Shown in pieces: positions 1 through 8,535 of a DNA stretch of 64,000 bases. This stretch comes from Candidatus Saccharimonadota bacterium (GTDB taxonomy: Bacteria; Patescibacteriota; Saccharimonadia; CAILAD01; BJGX01). The notes under the pieces are model-generated. The model saw nothing but the letters and a program-made list of their open reading frames with translations, had not been told where the DNA came from and searched no databases. Where the stretch lies: assembly GCA_046350735.1 (NCBI GenBank), contig JAXLZU010000001.1, positions 12,530-76,529 of the forward strand, given 5' to 3'. The stretch's first letter is position 1. Each line of letters begins with the position of its first letter. Made by a program: the position numbers and the translations under genes.

Positions 1-174
1 CATAAGGTGGCCGGCATGGAGCGAACCATTGGCATTGGGTGGGGGCATAATAATACTAAACGATTTACCTTTAGCATTTTTTTGTGGAGCAAATGAATCT
101 GATTCTTGCCACAGCTTGAGAATATCTGTCTCGTACTTACTCGGTTCGTAGGCTTTGGGGAGTTCTTTTTTCAT
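1..174 (-). CDS. class I aminoacyl-tRNA synthetase, N-terminal fragment (Val/Ile/Leu type, ValRS-like); continues beyond window start
   Basis: Minus-strand ATG at 172-174 (cat). Translation MKKELPKAYEPSKYETDILKLWQESDSF...IMPPPNANGSLHAGH carries the class-I HIGH-region pattern PPPNxxGxLHxGH. Confidence 0.5.
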   Translation of the reverse strand, partial: MKKELPKAYEPSKYETDILKLWQESDSFAPQKNAKGKSFSIIMPPPNANGSLHAGHLM

Positions 175-225
175 AGGCTAAATTGTACCATTTTTCAGAT
201 GTAGTCGACTAGGGGTGGGCAATAT

Positions 226-255
226 TTGACAATCAAGCTTACGCTTCATTACAAT
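226..255 (+). promoter_or_regulatory. sigma70-like promoter TTGACA-N18-TACAAT upstream of 299..1159
   Basis: ttgaca at 226-231 and tacaat at 250-255, followed by RBS ggagagg before ATG 299. Confidence 0.45.
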
Positions 256-298
256 AAGCATAACTATTCTTTAATACTAACCGGCAGGAGAGGAACGA

Positions 299-1159
299 AT
301 GATGAAAGATATTTACAGCCCACTCGAAATAGACGAGCAATGGGATCAGCGAGCAGAAATGCAAGAAGGTGACGCCACTGCTGCACCTACTACAAGCGAG
401 GCGGGTGCTATGACCGCTACTATGGAGCCTGCTGTAGAGTCAAATGATGTCAAGGGCGTACCTGCGCCAGACCATGCCGAACCCGGATCGGTAGAACCTG
501 CTACTGAAGATACTCCGCACATTGCTTTGCATGCCGAAGATAATCAGATGGCCCCAGAGGCAGATGCTGCACTGGGTGGAATGAGTGATGATGAGGCTGT
601 AGCCAAACTTGCAGGAGACGACAAAACCGAAGATGCCACCACCGACCCAAGTGATAGTGCTATGGAATCTGGTAGCACTCTCAACCCACAGTCTGGTGAT
701 ACAGTTATTCCAACCACTAAGATAGAGCCTACCGAGCCACGCGTTCAGCCAGAAGAAAAATCTAATACTTCAATGACAGAGAATCATGATGGCGCCATAG
801 CAACCGATGTACCTGACACAACCAGTAACGAGCATTTTGTGCTGGGTGGACAACCAGAACCCAATACCGAAACTCCTGCTCACCCTGATACAGAAGAGGA
901 AGAAGCACCGCCGATTAGCCCAACCGAAACCGAAGAATCTACAGAAGAGGGAATTGATAGTGCTATCGATGCTGCAATGAGTAAAATTAAAGAAGCAGAA
1001 GAGATGCTAAAAGCAGAAAAAGAAAAGATTGCGGCACGTATTCAAGAACACGAACAAGCCGAGACTGAAGCCCGCACTAAAAAAGAGAGTGACCAAGAAG
1101 AGCTGAGACGAATAGAAGACGAGTTAGGCAAACTCGATAAACTTCAGCCAGCTGCATAA
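299..1159 (+). CDS. highly acidic low-complexity protein (E/D/T/P-rich) with C-terminal coiled-coil segment; function unknown
   Basis: 286-aa ORF. Strong RBS aggagagg. Composition dominated by E, D, T, A, P. C-terminus KIKEAEEMLKAEKEKIAARIQEHEQAETEARTKKE is heptad-like. Confidence 0.5.
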   Translation: MMKDIYSPLEIDEQWDQRAEMQEGDATAAPTTSEAGAMTATMEPAVESNDVKGVPAPDHAEPGSVEPATEDTPHIALHAEDNQMAPEADAALGGMSDDEAVAKLAGDDKTEDATTDPSDSAMESGSTLNPQSGDTVIPTTKIEPTEPRVQPEEKSNTSMTENHDGAIATDVPDTTSNEHFVLGGQPEPNTETPAHPDTEEEEAPPISPTETEESTEEGIDSAIDAAMSKIKEAEEMLKAEKEKIAARIQEHEQAETEARTKKESDQEELRRIEDELGKLDKLQPAA

Positions 1160-1181
1160 TTACATACAACTGTAACTATAT

Positions 1182-1209
1182 AAAAACTACCCCAGTTAGG
1201 GTAGTTTTT
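1182..1209. terminator. bidirectional intrinsic terminator between convergent genes
   Basis: Hairpin aaaaactaccc-cagtta-gggtagttttt has A-run and T-run on either side. Confidence 0.55.
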
Positions 1210-2251
1210 ATATAGCCTCTAGGCTCGAGTCTGCTCGTAATTGTTCTGGCGCAATAAACATATTGTTCTGAGCCATTTGTAGCGCCAGGGAGCCTATCAT
1301 GGCAGCATTATCGCTACAAAGCTTTGGTGGCACAAAAATTGCGTTAGGCAGCTTCTCATGCAAGCGTAAGCGTAATTCGCTATTACATGCCACACCGCCA
1401 CCAACTACAATGCTCTTTGGAGAAAATCGGGCGTTAGCAGCTAAAGTGTTTTTTATCAGAGCATCTACAACTGCCTTTTGAAAGCTCGCCGCAATATCAG
1501 CTACTACTTGAGTATCTAATGTGTAAGACTTTTGAGCATCAACAGCACCTAGGTTTTTGCCAGTAATTTCTTGTACTTGCCTAAGAACAGCTGTTTTTAA
1601 GCCAGAAAAACTAAAGTCGAGACTCTCTCTGCCCATATTGGCGATAGGAAACTGATATTTGCTAGCGTCACCATGCTTGGCAGCCTCACCAATTGCTGGG
1701 CCGCCAGGATATGGTAGGCCGAGTAGCTTGGCTACTTTATCGAAAGCTTCACCAGCGGCATCATCTAGTGTTTCGCCCAAAATCTCACGGCTTAGGTCTG
1801 CCTGATAAAGCGACAGGGCGGTATGCCCACCTGAGACGGTTAGAGCCAAGAAAGGAAATTCTGGCGGGGTTTCGGTAAGAAAAGCCGCAAAACCATGTGC
1901 ATAGATATGATTCACCCCAATAAGTGGTTTGTTTTTTACCGTCGCCAGCGTTTTGGCTGTTAGTACACCAATAAGCAACGAGCCAAGCAAGCCTGGGCCT
2001 TTAGTAACAGCAATAGCATCAATCTCATCCCAGTTGCAATTTGCATCGCCAAGAGCTTGCTCAATAACTGGTAAGATTACCTCTATATGACTCCGCGCGG
2101 CCACTTCTGGCACTACACCACCATATTGGGCATGAATCTCCACCTGGCTATTAATTACATTGCTCAAAATCTTGCCGGTATACTTACCAGTTTTTTCTAC
2201 TACTGCAGCGGCAGTTTCATCGCAGCTAGTTTCTATTGCAAGAATTCTCAT
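1208..2251 (-). CDS. tsaD: tRNA N6-adenosine threonylcarbamoyltransferase TsaD (Kae1/YgjD family)
   Basis: MRILAIETSCDETAAAVVEK N-terminus and overall 347-aa length are typical of TsaD/Gcp. Confidence 0.9.
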   Translation of the reverse strand: MRILAIETSCDETAAAVVEKTGKYTGKILSNVINSQVEIHAQYGGVVPEVAARSHIEVILPVIEQALGDANCNWDEIDAIAVTKGPGLLGSLLIGVLTAKTLATVKNKPLIGVNHIYAHGFAAFLTETPPEFPFLALTVSGGHTALSLYQADLSREILGETLDDAAGEAFDKVAKLLGLPYPGGPAIGEAAKHGDASKYQFPIANMGRESLDFSFSGLKTAVLRQVQEITGKNLGAVDAQKSYTLDTQVVADIAASFQKAVVDALIKNTLAANARFSPKSIVVGGGVACNSELRLRLHEKLPNAIFVPPKLCSDNAAMIGSLALQMAQNNMFIAPEQLRADSSLEAI

Positions 2252-2309
2252 GTGCTATATCGTAACATAAAAAGAAAAACTCCCTTACCATTATAGTAAG
2301 GGAGTTGAG

Positions 2310-2382
2310 TGGGGCAGGTGGGGATCGAACCCACGACCAAGGCATTATGAGTGCCACGCTCTAACCACTGAGCTACTGCCCC
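2310..2382 (-). tRNA. tRNA-Met (anticodon CAT; elongator-type; Ile-lysidine identity cannot be excluded)
   Basis: Reverse complement GGGGCAGTAGCTCAGTGGTTAGAGCG...CTCATAA...GGGTTCGATCCCCACCTGCCCC folds as a cloverleaf with anticodon loop CTCATAA. G1-C72 pair and no 3xGC anticodon stem, so not initiator-like. Confidence 0.85.
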
Positions 2383-2386
2383 GGTG

Positions 2387-2460
2387 CGCCGGTGGAGGGA
2401 CTCGAACCCACGACCAACAGATTAGAAGTCTGTTGCTCTATCCAACTGAGCTACACCGGC
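2387..2460 (-). tRNA. tRNA-Arg (anticodon TCT)
   Basis: Reverse complement GCCGGTGTAGCTCAGTTGGATAGAGCAACAGACTTCTAATCTGTTGGTCGTGGGTTCGAGTCCCTCCACCGGCG. Anticodon loop CTTCTAA. Confidence 0.85.
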
Positions 2461-2464
2461 TGGG

Positions 2465-2548
2465 TGCCCGCGGTGGGAATCGAACCCACACGCTCTTGCG
2501 AGCCGGGGGGTTTAAGCCCCCTGCGTCTGCCTATTACGCCACGCGGGC
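2465..2548 (-). tRNA. tRNA-Leu (anticodon TAA), long variable arm
   Basis: Reverse complement GCCCGCGTGGCGTAATAGGCAGACGCAGGGGGCTTAAACCCCCCGGCTCGCAAGAGCGTGTGGGTTCGATTCCCACCGCGGGCA. Anticodon loop CTTAAAC. 84 nt. Confidence 0.85.
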
Positions 2549-2554
2549 TGGGTC

Positions 2555-3250
2555 TTAGCACTGTGAGGCTATTGCCTGGGTTATAGCAGTAGCATAACCC
2601 GCATTACCAGCAGGGCTAAAATGCAAATCATCTGCAGCTTGCCAGTCGGTATGACCCGACATAGCAGCTTCCCAATCGAGAAAATGAGCATTTGGGTAGT
2701 TTGCCACATTCGCGCGAATAGTCGCGTTCATTTCTGGCCCAAGAACTTTTAGATTGCGCTCGGTATTGTGCTCTTGTACACCGACCCAAATCACACAAGG
2801 GGTATCACTAAGAGTCTGAAAAACAGCTTGCTGATGATTGCTAAGGTTAATCATATGCAAGGCATGCTCGTTGGGGTTCTGAGCCAAAAACACAGGAATC
2901 AAATCATTGGTACCAAGTGCAATAACCATTGCATCAGGGTGCCTGGTCTGATGTACCTCAGTAATGAGCGGCTGCAGCTGAACGGTAGAAGTACCAATTA
3001 CCCCATGAATTTCGGGGTTTTGATACCCAGCAAGTTGCATCTGTAGATCGCCTGTAGCGCCAAACACCAAGCTATCACCAAAAACTGCAACAGTATTTAC
3101 CTGCACGTGCGCCTTGGTGGTAGTTGGCGTAGCTGCAAAAGGAGATGACAAAGCATAACTCGAAAAGGTTCCGCTAATAACAAGGGCATTCACCCCAATA
3201 AGTATCGCGGCCAACAAACCCAATGCCATCAATATGTTCCTTCGCTGCAT
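2555..3250 (-). CDS. SGNH/GDSL-family hydrolase (secreted/membrane-anchored esterase-lipase fold)
   Basis: Start trimmed to MQRRNILMALGLLAAILIG (minus ATG at 3250; N-terminal TM/signal). Carries GDS block (VAVFGDSLVFG) and GTND block (IALGTNDL) of the SGNH fold. Confidence 0.7.
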   Translation of the reverse strand: MQRRNILMALGLLAAILIGVNALVISGTFSSYALSSPFAATPTTTKAHVQVNTVAVFGDSLVFGATGDLQMQLAGYQNPEIHGVIGTSTVQLQPLITEVHQTRHPDAMVIALGTNDLIPVFLAQNPNEHALHMINLSNHQQAVFQTLSDTPCVIWVGVQEHNTERNLKVLGPEMNATIRANVANYPNAHFLDWEAAMSGHTDWQAADDLHFSPAGNAGYATAITQAIASQC

Positions 3251-3360
3251 GTTCACAGCATCCACCTCTTTCAACGTTCTAGAACAGCAGTATAATAGCA
3301 TTTTTTTATACATTTGTAAATACTTTTCTAGGTTGTCTGCCAATTTGTTACAATAGAGGT

Positions 3361-4320
3361 ATGTCAAATTTACCCGCCAACTGGGATGATCATCAGCGAA
3401 CCATTAATGCTCATGTGTTGCAAAGTCATATATGGGCAGCATTTCAGACGCAAGTTGGGCGTAAGTTACACTATACATCTGGTAAAAACTTTAGTTGGGT
3501 AGGCTTCGAGCGTCGCAGTCATGGCTTGCACTATCTGGCCTTGCCCTATGGCCCAACTATACTTAGTGATGCCAAGTCGGCTTACCTCTCAATAATCAAT
3601 CAGGCCAAATCTGCCCATCTCGATCTTGTACGTGTTGAGCCGTTTGGCAGCGAAGATATCGAGATACTACAATCTTTTGGTGCCCGCAAGATTGCCGATG
3701 TTGAGCCACAATTTACCCAAGTAATAGATCTCAAAAAGCCCGAAGATGAGCTTCGAGCAGACCTAGCCTCGGGGCATCGTAATCGTATTAATACCGCGCC
3801 CAAGCGTGGGGTAGAGGTGTACAAGACTAACTCTCTAGATGAAATTGATGATTTCTTAGCGTTAATGCACGATACCGCTAAACATGCCGGTATCACCAAT
3901 CACCCAGACGAGTATTACCAACAAATGGCCGAGACAATGCTACCAAGCGGCCAAGCGAGTTTTTATGTCGCCAAGGCAGAAGGCAAAAAAGTAACCATCT
4001 CCCTTATTTATGACTACCATGGTACCCGCTACTATGCCCACACAGGTAGCAACCAAACACTCAATAGAAAGTACAATGCCGGAGTTTTCTTGGTTTGGCA
4101 AATGATATGTGATGCCAAGGCTGATGGATTTTCGCGCTTCGACCTCTGGGGGGTAGCCCCGCCCACATCAGATAGTACGCATAAATGGGCTGGCATTACT
4201 GCCTTTAAACAAGGTTTTGGTGGTGATACTGTTGGTACGCTAGGCACTTGGGATATTCCCATCAAAAAGAACAAATATAAGATATATGGTGTGTATCGAA
4301 AATTGCGGGGTAGAGCATGA
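3361..4320 (+). CDS. FemAB-family peptidoglycan interpeptide-bridge aminoacyltransferase (FemX/MurM-like), paralog 1
   Basis: 319-aa protein with FemAB-type architecture and length. Tandem with a second homologous gene overlapping by 4 nt. Confidence 0.65.
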   Translation: MSNLPANWDDHQRTINAHVLQSHIWAAFQTQVGRKLHYTSGKNFSWVGFERRSHGLHYLALPYGPTILSDAKSAYLSIINQAKSAHLDLVRVEPFGSEDIEILQSFGARKIADVEPQFTQVIDLKKPEDELRADLASGHRNRINTAPKRGVEVYKTNSLDEIDDFLALMHDTAKHAGITNHPDEYYQQMAETMLPSGQASFYVAKAEGKKVTISLIYDYHGTRYYAHTGSNQTLNRKYNAGVFLVWQMICDAKADGFSRFDLWGVAPPTSDSTHKWAGITAFKQGFGGDTVGTLGTWDIPIKKNKYKIYGVYRKLRGRA

Positions 4321-5387
4321 TTCGCTTTGCAAATGAGAACGAACTAAAAAGCTGGGACAGTCTTATTGCTGACAACCCAGATGGCGGGCACATTTACCAA
4401 AGTTATGCCTGGAGTCAATTTAAAAAAACCAATGGTTGGGAACCACTCTATTGTGTATACGAAGAACCTGGGGTAGTGGTCTACTTTACGCTCATCCGTA
4501 AGTCTGCAGGTCTGCTTGGTACGGTCTATTATTGCTCTAAGGGCCCAGGAATATTTAAAGACTTCGTAGCCGATAGCGACAGCAAGGCACATTTTGCCGA
4601 GCTCTGTACGCAATTACCCCATTTTATTGGTCGTCACGACAAGCGAGCCATCCTGGTAAAACTCGAGCCAGAGCTCGAGGATGAGCAATTAGACCTCGCT
4701 AAATTAGGGCTCATTAAAAGCAAGGCTGACTTACAGTTTAAAGCGACCATTTTTGTCGATCTTAACCCAAGTGAGGAAGACATTTTAGCTAGTTTTAAAC
4801 AAAAAACTCGCTACAATATTCGCCTGGCTGAGCGCAAAGGAGTAAAGACCGAATCACGTCCGATGGACAAGGACGGGGTAGACTTAATGTTCTCGCTTAT
4901 GTCTGCCACCCAAGAACGAGCCGGGTTTTTCTTACGTAAAAAAGACTATTTTGCCGGGTATTGGATGGAGTTATACCAAGCAGACATGGCCGAATTTTTG
5001 GTGGCCACCTATAACGACGAGGTGCTCGCCGGAGTATTTGCCACGGCTTTTGCTACCAAGAGTTATTACAAAGATGGTGGATCGTTCCCAATTCATCGTA
5101 ACTTAATGGCGCCATACTTGTTACAATGGCGAGCCATGCAATGGGCCAAAAAGAAGGGAGCAACAAGCTATGATATGGTAGCTGTACCGCCCAAGTCTCA
5201 GCTAGATAACCCCGAGCACCATCAGTATGGTTTGTATCAATTTAAACGCGGGTTTAACGAAGAAGTAACCGAGTTTGTTGGCTGTTACGATCTACCAGTT
5301 GATTCGAGAAAGTTTCGTATTTGGCAGCGGCAAGAGAGTTATTACTTGCGCTTATACGCCAAAATGACCAAGAATTTATTCTGGTAA
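4317..5387 (+). CDS. FemAB-family peptidoglycan interpeptide-bridge aminoacyltransferase, paralog 2
   Basis: 356 aa. Shares order of conserved blocks with the upstream gene (HIYQSYAWSQFK..., ...YNIRLAERKGV..., ...MQWAKKKGATSYDM...). ATGA overlap with upstream stop. Confidence 0.65.
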   Translation: MIRFANENELKSWDSLIADNPDGGHIYQSYAWSQFKKTNGWEPLYCVYEEPGVVVYFTLIRKSAGLLGTVYYCSKGPGIFKDFVADSDSKAHFAELCTQLPHFIGRHDKRAILVKLEPELEDEQLDLAKLGLIKSKADLQFKATIFVDLNPSEEDILASFKQKTRYNIRLAERKGVKTESRPMDKDGVDLMFSLMSATQERAGFFLRKKDYFAGYWMELYQADMAEFLVATYNDEVLAGVFATAFATKSYYKDGGSFPIHRNLMAPYLLQWRAMQWAKKKGATSYDMVAVPPKSQLDNPEHHQYGLYQFKRGFNEEVTEFVGCYDLPVDSRKFRIWQRQESYYLRLYAKMTKNLFW

Positions 5388-5413
5388 TTTTGGCTTTCTC
5401 GGCAAGGTAAAGG

Positions 5414-5449
5414 CCCCGAGAGTTTTTTATTACTCTCGGGGCGATTTTG
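5414..5449. terminator. intrinsic terminator (9-bp GC stem) after the fem pair; also closes the convergent small gene
   Basis: ccccgagag-ttttttatta-ctctcgggg followed by gattttgc. Confidence 0.55.
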
Positions 5450-5662
5450 CTAAATCCTACCTTGGTAGTGTAGAAAGTCTGCTTCTACAAACTCGTCGGC
5501 TGGTGAACACGTTTCCTGTTGGTGGGTATGGTATCGACGCACTTGACCAAGTCTTGCTTCAGTGTAAGCTTCCATTCCATTTGCTACTCTCAAGAGAGCT
5601 TCAGCCTGCTCTCTCAGGCTACTTGCCATCCGATCCAGATGTTGCAAATCGTGATTGTCCAT
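5450..5662 (-). CDS. small acidic helical protein (70 aa), unknown function
   Basis: On the minus strand it has its own ttgact-N17-taaact promoter (5690-5720 region), RBS aaggaaag and ATG at 5662. Moderately GC-rich relative to flanks. No family recognised. Confidence 0.35.
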   Translation of the reverse strand: MDNHDLQHLDRMASSLREQAEALLRVANGMEAYTEARLGQVRRYHTHQQETCSPADEFVEADFLHYQGRI

Positions 5663-5789
5663 GTCTGACTTTCCTTAAGGTACCCTTCGGGCTTTCCGAA
5701 GTTCTGAGCTAGTTTACTACATAACCATAATAAAGTCAATATATAATTGATAAAATATGGTATTATAAGGTTTATTTATAAAAATTTTT

Positions 5790-5832
5790 TTGTCAATATA
5801 ATCTTGACAATAACTAAATTATTCTGATAAAT
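5790..5832 (+). promoter_or_regulatory. perfect palindrome TTGTCAA-N7-TTGACAA overlapping a TTGACA-N17-ATAAAT promoter; ATG 5840 is only ~7 nt after the -10, so possibly a leaderless mRNA
   Basis: ttgtcaatataatcttgacaa at 5790-5810. Second half-site is the -35 hexamer. Ataaat at 5827-5832. Lies between divergent genes 5450..5662(-) and the TrmB-like regulator gene. Confidence 0.4.
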
Positions 5833-5839
5833 TACTAGT

Positions 5840-6625
5840 ATGAATACCAAAACACTCTTAGAGGCCGGCTTAAGTGAGTCTCAAGCCAAAGCTTATGTAG
5901 CCCTTATACAGCAAGGGCAGCTTTCACCACCACAACTTGCAGACCAAGTCAAAGAATCTCGCACCAATAGTTATATGATCTTAGAAAAGCTAGAAGAACT
6001 CGGCTTGGTAAAAAAAAGTGATAAGCAAAAAAAACTTGTCTACGAACCAGAAAATCCGGTAGCCTTAGAACGACTCATAGAAAATCGCCGTAATGAGATA
6101 CTTCGCACCGAAAAAGAACTTAAAGACAGCCTTCCAATGCTATTGAATTATTTTTACACCTATCAAAATAAACCTGGTGTAAAGTTTTTTGAAGGTAGAG
6201 AAGGAATTCTTGAAATGTATCAAGATCAACTACGGGTGCGCAAAGACATCTACTTTGTGCGTTCTGAAGGTGATATTAACCTACTTGGAGCTAAGATTTA
6301 TCAAATTATCGAAAGGCGACTCAAGCTTGGTATAAAAGTCTATGGTGTTGAAGAAGGCACAGAAAAGCTAAAACAATATTCTGCCGAAAATGATAAGCGT
6401 CTGGGGAGAGAGATGACATTTTTTCCTGTAGGTAGCTATACTGAGCCAGTTAACCTATATACCTATGGCGACAAAACTGCTCTCATATCTTTTGGTAAAG
6501 AGACTATAGGGATACTTATAGAAAGTCCTCAGATAGCTGCGGCTATGCGCCAGCTGTTTACATTCTTGCAGCTTGGTGCCAAAGCAATGATGAATAGCAC
6601 CCAATCTGAAAATTCTGTAGAATAA
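5840..6625 (+). CDS. TrmB-family (sugar-responsive) transcriptional regulator, wHTH N-terminus
   Basis: N-terminus LLEAGLSESQAKAYVALIQQGQLSPPQLADQVKESRTNSYMILEKLEELGLVKK matches the TrmB winged-helix. Neighbours are sugar-metabolism genes. Confidence 0.55.
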   Translation: MNTKTLLEAGLSESQAKAYVALIQQGQLSPPQLADQVKESRTNSYMILEKLEELGLVKKSDKQKKLVYEPENPVALERLIENRRNEILRTEKELKDSLPMLLNYFYTYQNKPGVKFFEGREGILEMYQDQLRVRKDIYFVRSEGDINLLGAKIYQIIERRLKLGIKVYGVEEGTEKLKQYSAENDKRLGREMTFFPVGSYTEPVNLYTYGDKTALISFGKETIGILIESPQIAAAMRQLFTFLQLGAKAMMNSTQSENSVE

Positions 6626-6696
6626 GCATATGAATCCCGTTAAAAACCATAACAAATTTTGGCACTTAACCCGTTTCAAGGAAGGTTTCTAACGGG

Positions 6697-8070
6697 ATGA
6701 AGTTTGATAAAGATATCTTTAAGGCCTACGACATTCGTGGGCTCAGCCCAGAAGAGCTTAGCCCTAAGGTAGCTTTTGCAATAGGGCGCGCCTTCGCCGA
6801 TTTTGTGCCTACTGGCAAAATCGCAGTTGGTAGAGACATGCGCAGCGATTCTGCCGAGCTAGCCGAAGCGCTTATTGCAGGACTACTAAAACAGGGGAGA
6901 GAAGTAATAAATCTAGGGTTAATTACTTCTGATACTATGTATTTTGCAGTAGGATCACTCAAGCTAGCCGGTGGAGCCATGATTACAGCTAGTCATAATC
7001 CTGGTGCCTACGATGGCATTAAACTCACTGGTCTTGGCGTAGTTCCTATTGGTATAGATAGTGGTCTCTTAACTATCGAAGAAGAGATTACAGCTGATAC
7101 ATTTAAGAACGTCTCGCAGTCTGGTACTCTGACAACGCAAGAAATAACAAGCGAATGGATAGAACACGCCCTAAATATTGCCGGCAAAATACATCAACCA
7201 CTTAAGATAGGTATCGATTTTGGCAATGGAATGGCCTCGCTTTATCTTAAAGACCTGCAGGCAAAAACCCCATTACACATAGATTATCTCTACGAAACAC
7301 TCGATGGCACTTTCCCTAACCACGTGGCTAATCCTCTATTGCCAGAAAATACTAAAGATATTCGAAGGCTAGTTAAGAGTAGGCGACTAGAATGCGGTAT
7401 TGCTTTTGATGGTGATGGCGATAGGGCATTCTTTTGTGATGAATCTGGCACAATGCTGAGTGGCAGCGAGCTAGGTGCACTACTGGCAATACATATTTTA
7501 AAGAAGAACCCCGGTGCGACAATTCTCTATAATGCAGTATGCTCGCGTATAGTACCACAAACTATCGAGGTATATGGTGGCAAGGCTATTCGTACAAAGG
7601 TGGGGCACAGTTTTATTAAAGCCGAGATGCGCAAGCATACAGCAGTCTTTGCGTGCGAACACTCTGGACACTTTTATTTTGCCGACAATTACAATGCCGA
7701 TAGTGGCCTCATTGCTGCGTTAATGCTTCTACATGTTCTATCTGCTAGCAAGGAATCTCTTTCTGAAATGGTTGCCCCGCTACGCAATCAGTACATACAA
7801 TCTGGCGAAATTAATATTACCTCAAAAGACATTCCTGCCGATCTTGAGAAAATAAAACAGGCTTTCTCTGATGGCAAAATAGATGAACTCGATGGAATAA
7901 CCATTAACTATCCTCATTACTGGGTAAATGTACGGCCAAGCAATACCGAGCCGCTCTTACGAATAAATATTGAGGCCGAAGACCCTGCTGTACTCGAGAG
8001 TACCAAGCAAAAGATAGAACACTTACTTGCTAAAAAGCCCTTGTCAGAACTTAGTTTGAGCGTACAATAA
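6697..8070 (+). CDS. phosphomannomutase/phosphoglucomutase (alpha-D-phosphohexomutase family)
   Basis: FKAYDIRG N-terminal motif, active-site TASHNPGAYDGIKL, GDGDRAFF metal-binding loop. 457 aa. Confidence 0.85.
   Translation: MKFDKDIFKAYDIRGLSPEELSPKVAFAIGRAFADFVPTGKIAVGRDMRSDSAELAEALIAGLLKQGREVINLGLITSDTMYFAVGSLKLAGGAMITASHNPGAYDGIKLTGLGVVPIGIDSGLLTIEEEITADTFKNVSQSGTLTTQEITSEWIEHALNIAGKIHQPLKIGIDFGNGMASLYLKDLQAKTPLHIDYLYETLDGTFPNHVANPLLPENTKDIRRLVKSRRLECGIAFDGDGDRAFFCDESGTMLSGSELGALLAIHILKKNPGATILYNAVCSRIVPQTIEVYGGKAIRTKVGHSFIKAEMRKHTAVFACEHSGHFYFADNYNADSGLIAALMLLHVLSASKESLSEMVAPLRNQYIQSGEINITSKDIPADLEKIKQAFSDGKIDELDGITINYPHYWVNVRPSNTEPLLRINIEAEDPAVLESTKQKIEHLLAKKPLSELSLSVQ
8041..8068 (+). 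promoter_or_regulatory. sigma70-like promoter TTGTCA-N16-TACAAT embedded in the last codons of the mutase gene
   Basis: ttgtca at 8041-8046 and tacaat at 8063-8068. Would start a transcript at ~8076, exactly where the GC-rich block begins. Confidence 0.45.
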
Positions 8071-8075
8071 CAAGT

Positions 8076-8393
8076 AGCACCTCTCACGTTCTGACCTAAG
8101 AGTCGCAAGGCACACAAACTTGCTCCAACCGGACCTCTCTGGAAGGAGCACCCGCGCGCTAACTGTTGAGTACCCGCACATGACATGCGGCGAAAACGGT
8201 CGGCTCTTAGGTCAACCTTTAGCTGGTGGTGCCACCGCATCCAGTCCCTACATACCACCAGCGTTTCCCGGACCGGCTTCTCCTCCCGCCCATGGTTAGT
8301 CGGTCTGGGAAATTCTTGAGGTAGCAGGGCACTGTTTGGATTCACCTCCCCTCTGTAGGTTAGTCCCGGCAGTGTCCTGCACCTCGGGCCAGC
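8076..8393 (+). ncRNA. GC-rich structured noncoding RNA candidate (~320 nt); identity unresolved (SRP-RNA-like GGAA-tetraloop hairpin noted; RNase P/tmRNA signatures not found)
   Basis: Abrupt GC rise in AT-rich context and no credible ORF. 14-bp long-range helix tgacctaagagtcg (8092-8105) pairs with cggctcttaggtca (8201-8214). Internal hairpins include gcaag-N9-cttgc, ctct-GGAA-ggag (8137-8148) and ccgcacatg-a-catgcgg. Bounded by own promoter and terminator. Confidence 0.45.
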
Positions 8394-8428
8394 GCATCTA
8401 GTCTTCTAGGTGCTTTTTTATTTTTTTG
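8394..8428 (+). terminator. intrinsic terminator ending the GC-rich RNA element
   Basis: gcatctag-tctt-ctaggtgc stem followed by ttttttattttttt. Confidence 0.65.
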
Positions 8429-8535
8429 CTTTTGCATTTGCCTCTTATCTGAAATAATACTAGTAATGAGTCTCGCTAGAGTTTGAACGCGGGGCCCACA
8501 GATATATATTGTTTAAGTAAAGGAACTCTAACGAG

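Noticed and set aside
2392-2586. 64-aa plus-strand ORF
   Set aside because: Lies entirely antisense across the three minus-strand tRNA genes (Arg, Leu). An artefact of tRNA sequence.
3600-4613. Minus-strand ORFs inside the fem genes (3600..3899, 4032..4274, 4344..4613)
   Set aside because: Antisense to well-supported FemAB-family genes. No independent signals.
7917-8345. 142-aa minus-strand ORF overlapping the manB 3' end and the GC-rich RNA candidate
   Set aside because: Antisense to a well-supported gene and runs through a promoter/terminator-bounded GC-rich block. Cys/Arg-rich nonsense-like translation.
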